Source of the DNA: Eledone cirrhosa
Lineage: Eukaryota
Direction: 5' to 3'
NCBI GenBank assembly: GCA_964016885.1
Contig: OZ024742.1
Span: 192,510,001 to 192,574,000 of the forward strand
Length of the DNA: 64,000 nt
The position numbers were made by a program, and so were the translations under genes. Of this stretch, positions 1 through 13,900 are shown piece by piece (position 1 is the first letter of the stretch; each line of letters starts with the position of its first letter). The notes beneath the pieces are model-generated. The model made no database searches and was not told the origin of the DNA. It was given only the letters and a program-made list of their open reading frames with translations.

Positions 1-155
1 GGACAAAACCTCAGAATTTTTCAACTCTTATTAATGGTCAGTCGATTCTACGAAAATGTAATGTATAATATACATTTTCTTCTTGTCTCCTAAAACCTGG
101 TTCATTCATCCATATATATCTACAATCGTTGCTTACCTATAATTCCGTCTCACTG

Positions 156-222
156 TTCTAAATAATCTTCTCCACGCTTGTTCTAAATAATCTTCTCCAC
201 GCTTGTTCTAAATAATCTTCTC
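156..222. repeat. 25-bp tandem repeat (GTTCTAAATAATCTTCTCCACGCTT, ~2.6 copies)
   Basis: Directly visible. Confidence 0.8.
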
Positions 223-3200
223 TTTGCTAACTACCCCATACCCCTCCCTCCTGCCGCCACTCTCCACCTTTACTATTTGGACCAATCACAAGTCAACGGC
301 CTATGCTATCACTTCTGGCTGCTTTTCGATATGATGGATGGACTAAGGATTTTCTGGAGAGTCTGAAGAATCTGGACACTCGATGACAATGCCAAAGATA
401 ACGACAAATTCATCTCATGCTGCCGGACGAAAGGGCAAGGCCCCCCCCCTCTTTGTTTCGATCGCGGATGGCCAACATAACCCCAAACTCATCCCTCTCA
501 CCCCTCCCTGCGCCCCATCCTCCACACACAATCCAAAACTTCAGAGTTGGTACCATAAACGTAGGCACCTTAAAAGGCTGCTCTAACGAGGTTGTAGAAT
601 TGCTTGAACGTAAGGAGGTTGATGTTTGCTGTATCCAAGAGACCAGGTGGAGGGGCGGGTCTGCTAGATTCATTGTGGGTAAAAAACGTTGCTATAAGCT
701 TTTCTGGGTGGGAAATGACAATGGGATAGGTGGGGTAGGAATCATGTTAGCAGAAAAATGGGTGGATAAGATAATAGATGTAAATAGAGTGAATGACAGA
801 ATAATTAAAATAAGACTTGTTCTAAACAGAACTACTGTGACAGTGATATCTGCATACGCGCCCCAATCCGGACTGCCTGGCGCTATAAAAGACAGATTCT
901 ATGAGACACTGATGCTCACTACCTCCCAAATAACCGACAGTGACTATATAATTATTGCTGGCGACCTAAATGGCCACGTTGGACAACATTGTGATGGCTA
1001 TGACGGAATCCACGGAGGCTATGGGTTTGGTACTAGAAACGAGGAAGGCTCCAGAATCCTGGAATTCTGTGATGCAAATAACCTAACTATCTGTAACACT
1101 AACTTCAAAAAACGAGACAATCACTTGATCACCTACAGATCAGGAGAACATACCAGCCAGGTAGATTATATCCTTACCAGAAGACGTGACAGAGTGTCTG
1201 TTGTAAACACTAAATCCCTCCCCCCATGAAGAATGCACCTCCCAACATAGACTGATAATTAGCGACCTCATAGTCAGGACGAGACGTACTAGACAGCAGA
1301 AGAGGACTATCCTCAGGAGAAAAATATGGAAGCTAAAGGATCCCACAGCCAGAAATAAATTTCAAAGCATATTACTTGATGCTTTCGACAGTAAGGAAGA
1401 GCAATTAGAGTCATACAATGTAGAGGAACAGTGGGAATTCCTGAAAGCAAACCTGCTGATGGCGGCAGACGAAGTCTGGGGCTGGAGCAGGCCTGTAGGC
1501 AGGAGGAGAGTAACATGGTGGTGGAACAGTAAGGTGGAGGGGTCAATCAAGGCCAAAAAGCAGGCTTGGAAAGCATGGCGGGATGGGGGAAGTAGAGAAG
1601 ACTATCAAGTGGCCAGGAGGGAAGCTAGGAGACAAGTGTACTTCGCAAGAAGGGAAGCAGAGGAAAGAAAGTTCAAGCATGTTCTACAACGTGAGGACCA
1701 AAAACGTGAGGTGTTCAGGATTGCTAGGCAATGTGTCAAGGAAAACCGTGATATTGTCAGGGAGAAGTGTGTACTTAACGATGATGGCGTACTTGCCATC
1801 ACTGACGCTGATAAGAAGGTAGCTTGGAAGTGTCACTACGAAAGGCTACTAAATGAGGAGAATAAATGGGAGAAAGACAGTCTCCCCCACATCGACCCAA
1901 TAGAGGGACCAGCAGTGTTAGTCGAAGGTCGTATAATAAGTAAGACAATCAAAGATATGAAGACGGGTAAGGCGGCTGGGCCTTCGGAAATAGTTGCTGA
2001 TAGTAAACCAAGTCATACAGAATGGGGTTGTTCCGAAGGATTGGCGTAGCAGCATCATCGTTAACTGTTACAAGTGTAAAGGAGACGCCCTAGATAGGAG
2101 TAACTATAGAGGCATTAAATTAATCGACCAGGTCATGAAGGTCACAGAAAAAGTAATAGCGCAACTAATCAGAGAGAGAATTGATCTAGATGAAATGCAG
2201 TTCGGGTTTGTGTCAGGCAAAAGTACCACAGAAGCTCTCTTCATTGTACGACAACTACAGGAGAAGTACCTAGCTAAAAGTAAACCCCTATATTTATCTT
2301 TTGTCGACTTGGAGAAAGCCTTCGACAGAGTCCCCCGTTCCATTATCTGGTGGGCTCTTAGAAAACTAGGTGTTGACGAATGGCTTGTGAGAGCTATACA
2401 AGCCATGTATAAAGAAACAGTCAGCAAGGTTAGAATTAACAACGAATATAGTGAAGAGTTTAGCGTAAAAGTTGGTGTCCATCAGAGCTCTGTTCTTAGC
2501 CCCCTACTATTTATTATTGCCCTTCAGGCTATAACAGAGGAGTTCAAGAGCGGCTGCCCATGGGAACTCCTATACGCAGATGATCTAACGCTCATAGCTG
2601 AATCAATGGCCGAGCTAGAGAAGAAATTCCAAACATGGAAGCACGGCCTAGAATCAAAAAGCCTTAAAATTAACCTGGCTAAGACTAAAGTTCTAGTTTG
2701 TAGGAAAGAAAATAAGGTGCCGGTCCCTTCCGGGAAATGGCCATGCTCGGTGTGTAGGAAAGGCGTAGGTAGAAACTCCATTTTATGTCCCAAATGCAAA
2801 GTATGGGTGCATAAAAGATGTAGTGGGATCACAGGTAAGCTAACTAAGAACATAGATTTTACATGTGGCCGGTGCTCTGGTGCAATAAGTAGCAGCAAGT
2901 GCCCACAAAATACTAGCTCATTCAATTGCGCAGAGGGTTCTATAGAAATAGTGGACAGCTTCCGTTACCTGGGTGACAAAATCAGCAGTGGGGGAGGGTG
3001 CTCTGAAAGTACAGTAGCTAGAGTCAGAACTGGATGGAAAAAGTTCAGAGAGCTTATACCACTATTAGCCACTAAAGGGTTCTCCCTAAAAAGGAAAGGC
3101 AGGTTGTATGATGCCTGCATACGGACAGCAATGTTGCATGGCAGTGAGACCTGGGCATTGTGTGCAGAGGATATACGCAGACTAGAGAGGAACGAAGCTT

Positions 3201-3921
3201 GCATGCTCCGCTGGATGTGTAATAGTAATATACGTGAACGGCAAAGCATAAACGAACTAAGGAAAAAATTAGAAATAAGAGGGATCAGATGTTGTTTACT
3301 CGAGAGAAGGCTACGTTGGTATGGTCACGTGATGCGCATGAAAGACGACAGCTGTATAACAAAGTGCAGGGCAATAAAGATAGACGGTAGCCACGGAGTA
3401 GGCAGACCCAGAAAAACCTGGGACAAGCTGATAAATTCCTACCTCACACACTTACACCTCTCTAAGACAATGTCACTGGACCGAGACCTTTGGCGGTACT
3501 CAGTAATAGAGAAGACCTGCCTTACCTAAATACAAAGTAAAACCTACTACAGTCAGTAGGCATCTCGAACAAAATACACACCCGTCCCACCACCCCCACC
3601 CCATCCACACCACCCCTTTCAATGTAAAGTTATGTTGGTGCCACAACATCCAGGCCGAAACAAATGAGATCGTGTAGGTGTCACGACAAAAAAACACACA
3701 GTCCACGCTGTAATGTGGCCGTGTAGGCAACACGGTAAAAACCTCCCAGTCCCACACTGTAAATGTGGTTGGTGTTAGGAAGGGCATCCAGCTGTAGAAA
3801 ACCCGCCAGACAGTCCTATGCGAGCAATGACAACCACTCTTGCTTCAAGTGGGAAAACTCCCGTCCAAACCCATGCAAGCATGGAACATGGACGTTAAAC
3901 GATGATGATGATGATGATGAT
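221..3921 (+). mobile_element. RTE-clade LINE, family A, near full length and inactivated (APE endonuclease, RT with PHD insert, (GAT)n tail)
   Basis: GTINVGTL/IQET/GDLNGH/QVDYIL endonuclease motifs; RT QFGF, FVDLEKAFD, LYADD, YLG. Frameshift at the C-run ~1220 and a 47-bp deletion at ~2000 relative to the copy at 27-30 kb. GAT tail at 3901-3921. Confidence 0.95.
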
Positions 3922-3950
3922 ATCATACACATACTTACACATGTTCTCAT

Positions 3951-4266
3951 AAACCTGTCAACTCTTCCCTTCTGACGGGGAAATCTCCCACCCACTTTGG
4001 GGCAGGTGATATGATTTCTCTTGTGAAAATGGGTATAGCTTTCATGATGTAAAATCTCCCAATTTTGCCTATTTCTCCCTGTTTTGGGGCACTTTTTTTC
4101 ATGGTACTCCCCATTTGAGTTTTTAGAGGATGGCAGGTCTGTTCTTATGCACATCTTCAAACAACACTGAGCTTTGTTTCTTTTATTCAAAAATAAATAG
4201 AACAGTCTCCCATGACATTGCTCAGTTTTCTCTCAGATTCCCCTTGATAATGGATGGCAAATCTGA
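3951..4266 (+). mobile_element. MITE-like dispersed repeat (partial inverted copy at ~44690-44872)
   Basis: Clear similarity to the reverse complement of 44690-44872; ends (C)AGACCTGTCAAC / GATGGCAAATCTG resemble short TIRs. Confidence 0.55.
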
Positions 4267-4506
4267 AAATATTTAGGATTATTAAAAATTGCTAAGGTTA
4301 CTTCCTATCGTCCTCACCCATTTACTTTACTTCACTGTGTTCTTTTTTCTTTGATTTTCTTACCTTGGCATTTTTACCAAACACACATTGATGGGCTTCC
4401 AAATATCATACATATTTCTTATTTGTATTTATATCTCATATTCCTCAATGCTTCGAGCAAACTACAACACCTGATTATTCTTGTTATTTGTTTATTGACA
4501 TTTCAG

Positions 4507-4650
4507 ATTACCTAAAAAGCAACGGATTATAGTTGTAGATAACACCCCTGTTGTACACTTCCCTCATATCAATACAGTGCCTATTGATGTCTGGGTGGAG
4601 ATTTTCTCACGCTGTGTGAAATTGGAAGGAGCTTTACCATTTCTTGTCAG
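4507..4650 (+). CDS. FBXL6: FBXL6-like exon A (F-box N-part, LPKKQRII...EGALPFLVR)
   Basis: tttcag acceptor, gtaagc donor, open frame, phase 2/2. Confidence 0.85.
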
Positions 4651-7600
4651 GTAAGCAACACAATTCTTACCCCTATTCCTTCTTTTTCACCCACTTAACT
4701 CCCCAGAGTCCTGTTCGAATCAACAATCTCCAACTGATCTGGCTGGATTGCCAAGTGTGACCAACCAAGCTCATGGATGTTACCTAACTATCTTGCTCGA
4801 AGTCTACCCCTGGGTTTCCTGCCAATTGGTTTTGTCCATAAAATTTATCCAGCGATTTTTTCCTGAGACATTCTAACCACATGCCCATAGTATTGGAGCT
4901 GTGATCTCTCAATTTGGATATGTAGCAACTCTAATCTTCAAGCTTACTCCAAAAGTAACGTTACTCCAAATGTTATATTTTGTCTTTTTCTTTTGTCCTT
5001 TCTTTGTCTTTTTATCTTAACCTTCAAGTAGTTATTTAACTCATGATAGAAGATACCAAACCACCTGAATTTACTCCTTGGTCGTATGTTACAAAACTGT
5101 TTGGTTTAAAGGGTAAGGGAAAAATTAGAAATAAGAGGGATCAGATGTTGTTTACTCGAGAGAAGACTACGTTGGTATGGTCACGTGATGCGCATGAAAG
5201 ACGACAGCTGTATAAAAAAGTGCAGGGCAATAAAAATAGATGGTAGCCACGGAGTAGGCAGACCCAGAAAAACCTGGGACGACTTGATAAATTCCGACCT
5301 CACACACTTACACCTTTCGAAGACAATGTCACTGGACCGAGATCTTTGGCGCTACGCAGTAATACAGAAGACCTGCCTTGCCTAAGTACAAAGTGAAACC
5401 TACTACAGTCAGTAGGCACCTCTAACAAAATACACCCCCACCCCATCGACACCACCCCTTTCAATGTAAAGTTATGTTGGTACCGCAACATCCAGCCCGA
5501 AACAAATGAGGTCGTGTAGGTGTCACGACAAAAAAACACACAGTCCACGCTGTAATGTGGTTGTGTAGGTAACACGGTAAAAACCTCCCAGCCCCACACT
5601 GTAAATGTGGTTGGTGTTAGGAAGGGCATCCAGCCGTAGAAAACCCGCTAGACAGTCCTATGCGAGCAAGACAACCACTCTTGCCTCAAGTGGGAAAACT
5701 CCCGTCCAAACCCATGCAAGCGTGGAATATGGACGTTAAACGATGATGATGATGAAGATGATGATGATGATGATGTTTATATTTATCTAACAAACCTTCC
5801 ATCAAAATTTTATGTAAGAAGAGGAATCCAAGGTTGTGTGCAAGAGAGAAGACTGTGTTGGTCCGGACATGTGATGTGCGCATGGATGAGGATTGTTGAG
5901 TAAAGAAGTGCCAGGAAATGTCAGTGGATGGGAGCTGCTGCAGCTAGAGGTAGACTGAGAAAGATCTGGGCAGAGGTAGTGAGAGCTGACCTGAAATTGC
6001 TGAGACTCACAGAGGAGATGACGAAGAAACGGGGCGAGTGTAGAGATTCTGTACTGAAAAAGACCTGTCCAACCCATTCAAGCATGAAAAAAACAGATGT
6101 AAAGACGATGATGATTAATCTTGCAAATACCAACTTAGTAACAAGAAAGTCATATTATAAATCCATCCAAATTTATTATTATTTTCAAAATTATTTAAAA
6201 ATCAGTGACAATAGATTTCTTTAGAAATATCAATGCCACAGCTCCGGTACTATGGGCATGTGGTTAGAATGTCTCAGAAAAGAATTGCTGGACAGATTTT
6301 TACAGGCAAAACCAACCAGCAGGAGACCCAGGGATAGACACCAAGCAAGATGGTTGGACAACATCCATGAGCTTGGTTGGTCTCACCTGGGGATCCAGCC
6401 AGATCTGTTGAAGATGATTGCTTCTGTTAGAACCCTCTGGAAGGAGTGTTTGAGGAGTGCCCTCATCACCCTCTCAGGAATAAGTGGGCAAAGAAGAAGT
6501 AATGAAGAGGTAAATGAGTTTATATTTATTATTTATCTAAAAAACTTCCATTATGATTTCATGAAGATCTTTTATGTTCTAAACACCAACTTAATAAGAT
6601 TAATCCCTTCAAATTCTTGATTATTTTCAGGGCTTCAAAAGTTTGTGGGTCATGGCACGAAGCCGCAAAGTCTCCAAGACTCTGGAAAAATATTGATCTC
6701 ACATATGGTTGGATAAAGTCTGTTGATTCCACTTTGAAATGGCTCAGCAAGAACCGTCTTTTACAATGCAAATCACTTAACCTGAGTGGATGGAAAAACT
6801 TGACTGCAGAAGGACTCAAAGTAATTGTTTAATGGATTTTATTTTCTGTTTTTCCTTTTTTTTTTTCATTTCTTTTTATTGCTTGGTCAGGAGGAATGTC
6901 AGCGCTCTTGCCACTTTGTAGGGGCCTTTGAGACTAGTGACAGGAAAGGAATTGAGTAAATTGTCAAATTGGAACAAAGAAACATTTCTATTGACACTAT
7001 CTCTTTGTTGCATTTTACCTACAATCCACCATTTTACCCAGATTCCACTATTTTACCCAACATTTTACCTACACTCCACTATTTTATTCACAATCCTCCA
7101 TTTTACCCAGAATCCACTATTTTATCCACGTCGCTTTTTTACCCACTATCAACTGTCTTACCCTTCGTCCACCATTTTACGCACAATCCACTATTTTAGC
7201 CATTATCCTACCCACAATCACTATCTTACCCATCACCTCACCCACCAATTTACTCTCTAAGTGTGAACCTGTATTTAGACCTCATATATATAAACAGTAT
7301 CAACCTTAATCTACCAAAATTGTAATGATTTCCAGAGGTTGACTAAGATGATGAGACTGTCCATTGTTTTTTCCATTGTGTCCTGTGCACCCCCAGTTTT
7401 GAATTCATATTCTAAAGACTTAGCCATGCAGGCCTTTTTGAAACTATATATGTCTACGAGCAATTTAGGTAAACTTTAATAAGGTGTATGTGTGTGTGTA
7501 TATATATATTTCCATATACTGTACCGATTGTTGTTGTTATTTCTGTTTACCTTTTATATATATATGATATATATTTCACAACAAAAAGCACCCAGTGCAC

Positions 7601-10600
7601 ACTGTAAATGTGGTTGGCATTAGGAAGGGCATCCGGCTGTAGAAACCAAGCCAAACCAGTTCTGTATGAGCAAGACACGGTCACCTCATCTAACTTGTCT
7701 CACAATGGGACAACTTGTCTAACCCATGCTAGCATGGAAAAATGGATGTTAAATGATGATGATGATGATGATATATATATTCAAAATTGTATGAGTGTGA
7801 GTCCGCTCTAAGTATAAGTTAATGTATATCTAATTTTATAAACTTCAAAAATCTTTCTACATCTTTCATAAATCTTTCATAAAATGTTTCAAAATATTTA
7901 TCAAACTGACTTATCTGTCTGTATGTGTTAATGGACCTCCATCTGAGTGTTCCAGTTGTTTGATCAATGGAGCAGCATGCTTATGAGATTATCATAGAAG
8001 TGGCTGGCTGAACATTACATAGACATGTGTACCCATAATGCAATTCTCAGTGAGATTAAACATGACAGTGTGTGACAAGGCTGACCTTTTGAATTACAGG
8101 CACAATCCATCTGATGAGCTTCCAAACAGTTTCTGTCTCCTTAGTTTCATTCACAAGGCACAAATCAACTCGAGTCTATGGTAAATGACACTTGCCTAAG
8201 ATGCCTTATAGTTAGATCAAATCTCGGACCTAATGTTTGCAAAGCAAACGTCTTGATCCAGCCATACTTCATCCATCTGTATGTATATCACTCTCACTCT
8301 GATCGATCGACAAGACCCCAGTCTCTATTCACTTGCTGGGTGGGATGGACCTCATCTAATCAGACCAAGGAAACAATGTTTCCATTGGTCTTTCCATTGT
8401 TGATACTATCTACCTGTCGCAACTCCTGGGAGATGTATATCAAATTGTTAAATAGAGGTGTTTTGTTTATTGTGAACCCTTGTGAATGCACAGTGTTGAT
8501 CATATTTATAAATTTTGCTGAGCGAATGGGAGAAACAAAACTCAGTATAATGGTAGAGTATTCGGTGGATTGGCAGTATCGGTAGAGGGTCGGACGCCAT
8601 GCTTTGCAGCACAGTTACGTCCCTTTACGAACTGAGTTCAAATCCCGTCGAGGTTAACTTTGCCTTTCATCCTTACGGGGTCGATAAAATAAAGTACCAG
8701 TAATACACTGGGATAATTGCTGGCCTTGTGCCAAAAAGTAGAAACAATTACGTATATATTGTTTTATAGCTGTGAAAAAAAATACTGGGACTTGATCAAC
8801 CACTTCCTTTTTGTACCACACTGCTGATTTCTTCTACAAAATCACAAAGACGGCAGCCCCCCTGATAAAGGAGCCCCGTCATGCAGGGTGGCTGTTGCAG
8901 CAGGTGTAATTGGCCATTCTCTAAAGCAATGCTTTCACAATCAAATGATGATGATATATGGAGTTCTGTGTCTTTTGTTTATATGTATATATATATATAT
9001 ATATATATCTCATCATCATCATTACCGTTTTACGTCCATTATTCCATGCTAACATGGGTTAGAAGGGTTGTCCTGTTGTGGGTAGTAGCCAGTCGGCTGA
9101 CCATGCCTTGCTCATACGGGAACTGATTCTGGCTTGATTTCTACAGCTGGATGCCCTTCCTAACACCAACCTCATTTACAGTGAGTGCTAGGTGCTTTTT
9201 TCTGTGGCGCCTACACGTCCACTTTACAGTGTGGGCTGGGTGCTTTTTTGCCGTGGCACCTCCACGACCACTTTGCAGTGGGAGGGTGTTGGGGCATATT
9301 GTCTATATGCTTCAGCTTCGGCTTGTACCCGTGGGGGCTCAGGTCTTCTGTATTACTGCGTGATGCCAGAGGTCACGGTTGTGTGTCATGGCCTTTGACA
9401 GGTGTAATTGGGTAAGGTCAGCTTTATCACCTCATCCCAGGTCTTCTTGGGTCACCCCACTCTGCGGTTTCCATCGACTTCTAGTGCTCTGCACCTTTTT
9501 ATGCAGCTGTCATCCATCATACGCATGACATGTCTATACCAACGCAACCGCCTCTCCTGCACACAGCATTTGATTCCTCTTATGTTCAATCTCTCTCTCA
9601 ATTGGTTTATATATACTTACGGTTAACATTGATGCAATTCAATTCAAGCACTGAACGCATTTTTCCACATAGGAGTGACGGAGTATATATTGAATAATAA
9701 AAAGCGAAGTAGTTTCAGATGTTAAAGTCCTTTAATGATAATGCTGTGATACATATTTAAATGATGACAGTGGCCACACTCTTCGGTGTACCCAGTGCCG
9801 TGACATCATCAGACAGCTTCTTACATAATAAGGTTACATTCCTGAGGCAATACAAATTGAATCGACAAGCGGATGCTCTTGAATTCTTCGCCCGTTACCT
9901 TGTGAGTCCCAATTCACGCCCACCGGTTTGCGCAGGCACAAATCCGAAGGACGTTGACCATCCACTACCCCAAAACTCTATGAAACTCACCTAGGCGGGT
10001 CCCCCCACACCTCAACCAAACAATCACCCCCATCCAGGTCTGTAATATGACATGGAGTTATAGTTTACTGCTAGTCGCCCTGCCAGTGGCCGTTGACCAA
10101 AACCTAGTGGTGGTAGCAGAGTATGAGTTTCAATAGGCTTTGATACAACCCCTAAATTATGCTTGGACAGTAGAATTGACCATCACCCGCTAAGAGAATA
10201 TAAACTTAATTCTAGATATTATGATTTCACAGTGGAAATTATGATTGAAAATTAGAAATTAAAAATTACAAGTTAAAATCTTGATTGAAGTAAATAAAAA
10301 AAATATAAATATAATAAATAGGGAAATGTTGAAATTATAGTAGGAAGTTTTGAAAAGGGGATCAATATTACAGATATATTATCCATATATTGAACGATAG
10401 TACTGTACAGTAGTAATTATATGTATATATATCATCATCATCATCATCATCATTTTACATCCGCTTTTCCCTGCTTGCAAGGGTGGGATGGGTCCTATTC
10501 AGCACAGCGTCTCTCTACTTGTCACGGTCCTTCATCATCTCCTCCGTGAGCTTCGGCAATCTGAGATCAGCTCTCACCACCTCCGCCCATGTTTTTCGTG

Positions 10601-10967
10601 GTCTTCCTCTACTGCATCTTCCTTCTGCTGGGATTCTTGGCACTTCTTTACCCAGTGGTCATCCTCCATATATATATGTATATATATATATATATGGGTT
10701 AGACTATATTTTAATATATTGTTGTCTACCAGAATATTATATAATATCTATATGATACACATTTCGTTTGCTCTTTCTTTCAGTCTGTTGCATCATACTG
10801 CCCACACCTAGAACACTTGAATTTATCAAACACCTCCAAGAAGCTACAGAATGAAGGACTAACAGCTGTTACTCAAAACTGCCCCAAACTTTCTACAGTT
10901 AATCTTCTGAACTGCAAAGTAAGTTTCTCTGAATATTACATATCCATGAAATATACAGATATCTATC

Positions 10968-10998
<31 letters not shown>

Positions 10999-13900
10999 CA
11001 TCATCATATATATATACATATATATATACATATATATATCATCATCATATATATATACATATATATATATAATCAGTAAAAATTGTTTTGCTAAAAAGCT
11101 TTCTACATTCGTAGTGTGAAGTTACGATGGGAGATTCAGTATAAGAATAACATAAAATGTTGCTGATATTACATAAATTGTTTATTGATTATAATTATTT
11201 CAATGGTTCCCTTATGCAACCAACAATGTAACGTATACATTTGTTGTTCGTATGGGAACAGTATCTTAAGATGAAAACAAGGGCATACATTACATTGTGG
11301 ATTGCATAAGGGAACCATTGAAATAATTAAAATGAATAAACGATTTATGTAATATCAGCATCTTTTTTAATATTATTCTTATATATATATTTTTTTATTT
11401 ACAGTCTCTTGAAAAAAACCATGTACCATTAGAATCATTGATGAAATATTCTTCAAACACTCTAACTCATCTCACCTTTGGTGGAATTGCTGTCCAACAA
11501 CAGAAGATTAATGAATTGTTCCACACACAACTTGTAAGCAATACCTCCAACTCATCTCTGATTCAAGTTATAGTAGTAGTAGTACTAGTTGTGGTGATTG
11601 TTATAGTAGTAGTAGTACTAGTTGTGGTGATGGTTATAGTAGTAGTAGTACTAGTTGTGGTGATTGTTATAGTAGTAGTACTAGTTGTGGTGATGGTTAT
11701 AGTAGTAGTAGCAGCAGCAGCAGTAGTAGTAGTAGTAGCAGTAGTGGAGTCAGACTGGATTAGGGAAAGAGCAGGCAGTGCCAGTTGCCATGAGCCTACG
11801 GTTTTGAGGGGTTGAGCAGGGAGAAAGCACTTAGCCTAATAGTTAGGGTGTAGGACTTATGATCATAATGTTGTGGGTTTAATTCATGTGTTGTGTTCTT
11901 GTTCAAAATACTTTATTTCATGTTGCTCCAGTTTACTCAGACCAACTGTCGTAATATATAAGGTATTAATAATTGTCAAACCCCTCAAACATATCATATT
12001 ACTATATATATATACACATATATTATAGAGTCAGGACAAGATGGTGAACTCTTGCCATTTCAAAAGCTAATTCTAGGAACAAGCTGTTGAAATGGCAAGA
12101 GCTCAGCTATCGTGTCCAGATTCTTTATAATATAACCATACTCTACTACACCAAGTATTGAGTACTCTGTTGACTAATTGTCTAGCCAGTTTCAAACTGA
12201 ATCCATCCTGATTTATATATATAGAGAGAGAGAAATAGATAGAGAGGCAGGCAGATGTTGTACCTCTAGATCAACTGACATGACAAATTAGTTATTAATA
12301 ATAGCTGTACTCTACCAAATATTATCATGTTCTTATAAACATATATGTTCTTACAGATCAACTGTCATAATCTAGAGATGTTAGAACTTATTAACATTAC
12401 CTGTACCCGACTGAATTTTGACATAGAGAAGTTCCAGCTGTCATTCCCCAAGCTGTCCAAACTTATCATTGTACAGTGTCCATTGGCTTGTCCTAAAGTT
12501 ACAAAATTACAAATGGTAAGTTATGAATTTTTATTTGTTCATTCATTAAGTTATTTTTTATCTCTATGCATGATGATGATGATGATGCTTCTGTGATTGC
12601 TGGCTTAGAATGACCCCCGTCTCGTTGAGCAAGAGCAAGAAGATGAAGAAGTTTTCTATTTAAGCCTTTCATTACTATTATTATCATCAACGTTTAAAGT
12701 AATTTTCCATGCTAGCATGGGTTAGACATATTTCTATATTTCCAATGAAAGATTCAGCTTATGGTTTTCAGTTAATTTTGTAAATAATCAAGAATTTGGA
12801 GGAATTTAGTAATATAACTAACGTTCTCATCATTTATTTGATGTTTGGAAAATAACTTAAACCTTCTTACATAAAATTATGAGATAAATGTAGACATTTT
12901 AATCTTTTTGTTACCATATTTCTAATGAAAGACAATGCCTATGATTTTCAATTAATTTTGAAAATAATTAAAAATGTCTCAATTTTAATCTGATGTTTGG
13001 AACATAACCTAACAATGCTTCTTACATAAAATTATGATGGAAGATTTAGATAAATATATACACTGTAAAATAAACAGTTTTGTATTGTGGAACAATGACT
13101 GGTTTTAGGTGGGTTAAAGATTTCTCTAAACTAATTTTTCTTCAATTAGTGAGTTAAAAGGAAAGAGCAGTGCCTATGATGTTTTTCAGGGCCTCAGAGA
13201 CATGGGAGGGAGGTAAGAAGGTATCTTCAAACAAGAGACCAGGCCTGAGTGTTTGCAACAAAGTGGACTCATCTAAAGATAGCCAATAGCCAGTAGTGGC
13301 ATTAAAGTAAGCAACTAATTAAGTCTGACACTCAAATAAGGTTTAAAAGGATTTGATTTCAGAATGCAAAGATCGGGAACAATTACTGGAAAGCATTCTA
13401 TCTGACACTAACAACTACACCTTAAACTGGTCCTTTATTTATCAACCCCAGAAGGATGTAAGACTTAAGTTTACCTCTATGAAAATCCTTAGAAACTTAG
13501 AAATATGAAACATTATGCTACTGTATGTATGATAAATACATATTTATGCAGTAACAGTAGTGTTTACTATATATCTTCTATGTATTTCTCAACTTAAACT
13601 TGAAGTTCTTTTATTTCCATAGGAAGAATCAGTTGGGTTCCCAGTGTTGAAGCACCTTGCTTTAAACTTGACCAACAAAAGCACAATGTTGTCTGAAACA
13701 GCTCATAATATTTTGAAGAGGTAAGAAACTATTTCTGATCACCATTCTTTGGGAAACTTCCCTTAAATGTATGTGTATATATATCATCATCACTGTTTTA
13801 CGTCCGTTCTTCCACGTTAGCATGGGTTAGACGGGTTGTCCTGTTGTGGGCAATGTCCAGTCGGCTGACCTTGTCTTGCTCATATGGGAACTGATTCAGT

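Noticed and set aside
2104-3249. Antisense ORFs over RTE copies
   Set aside because: Shadow frames of the RT coding sequence, with no independent evidence.
9760-9820. HHR-like CTGATGA...GAAG...GTC on the minus strand
   Set aside because: GAAA not intact, no stem I pairing and poor stem II; at most a decayed remnant.
11534-11815. Poly-Val hydrophobic extension of the exon D ORF
   Set aside because: Intronic (TAG)n repeat after a good GTAAGC donor that keeps frame with exon E.
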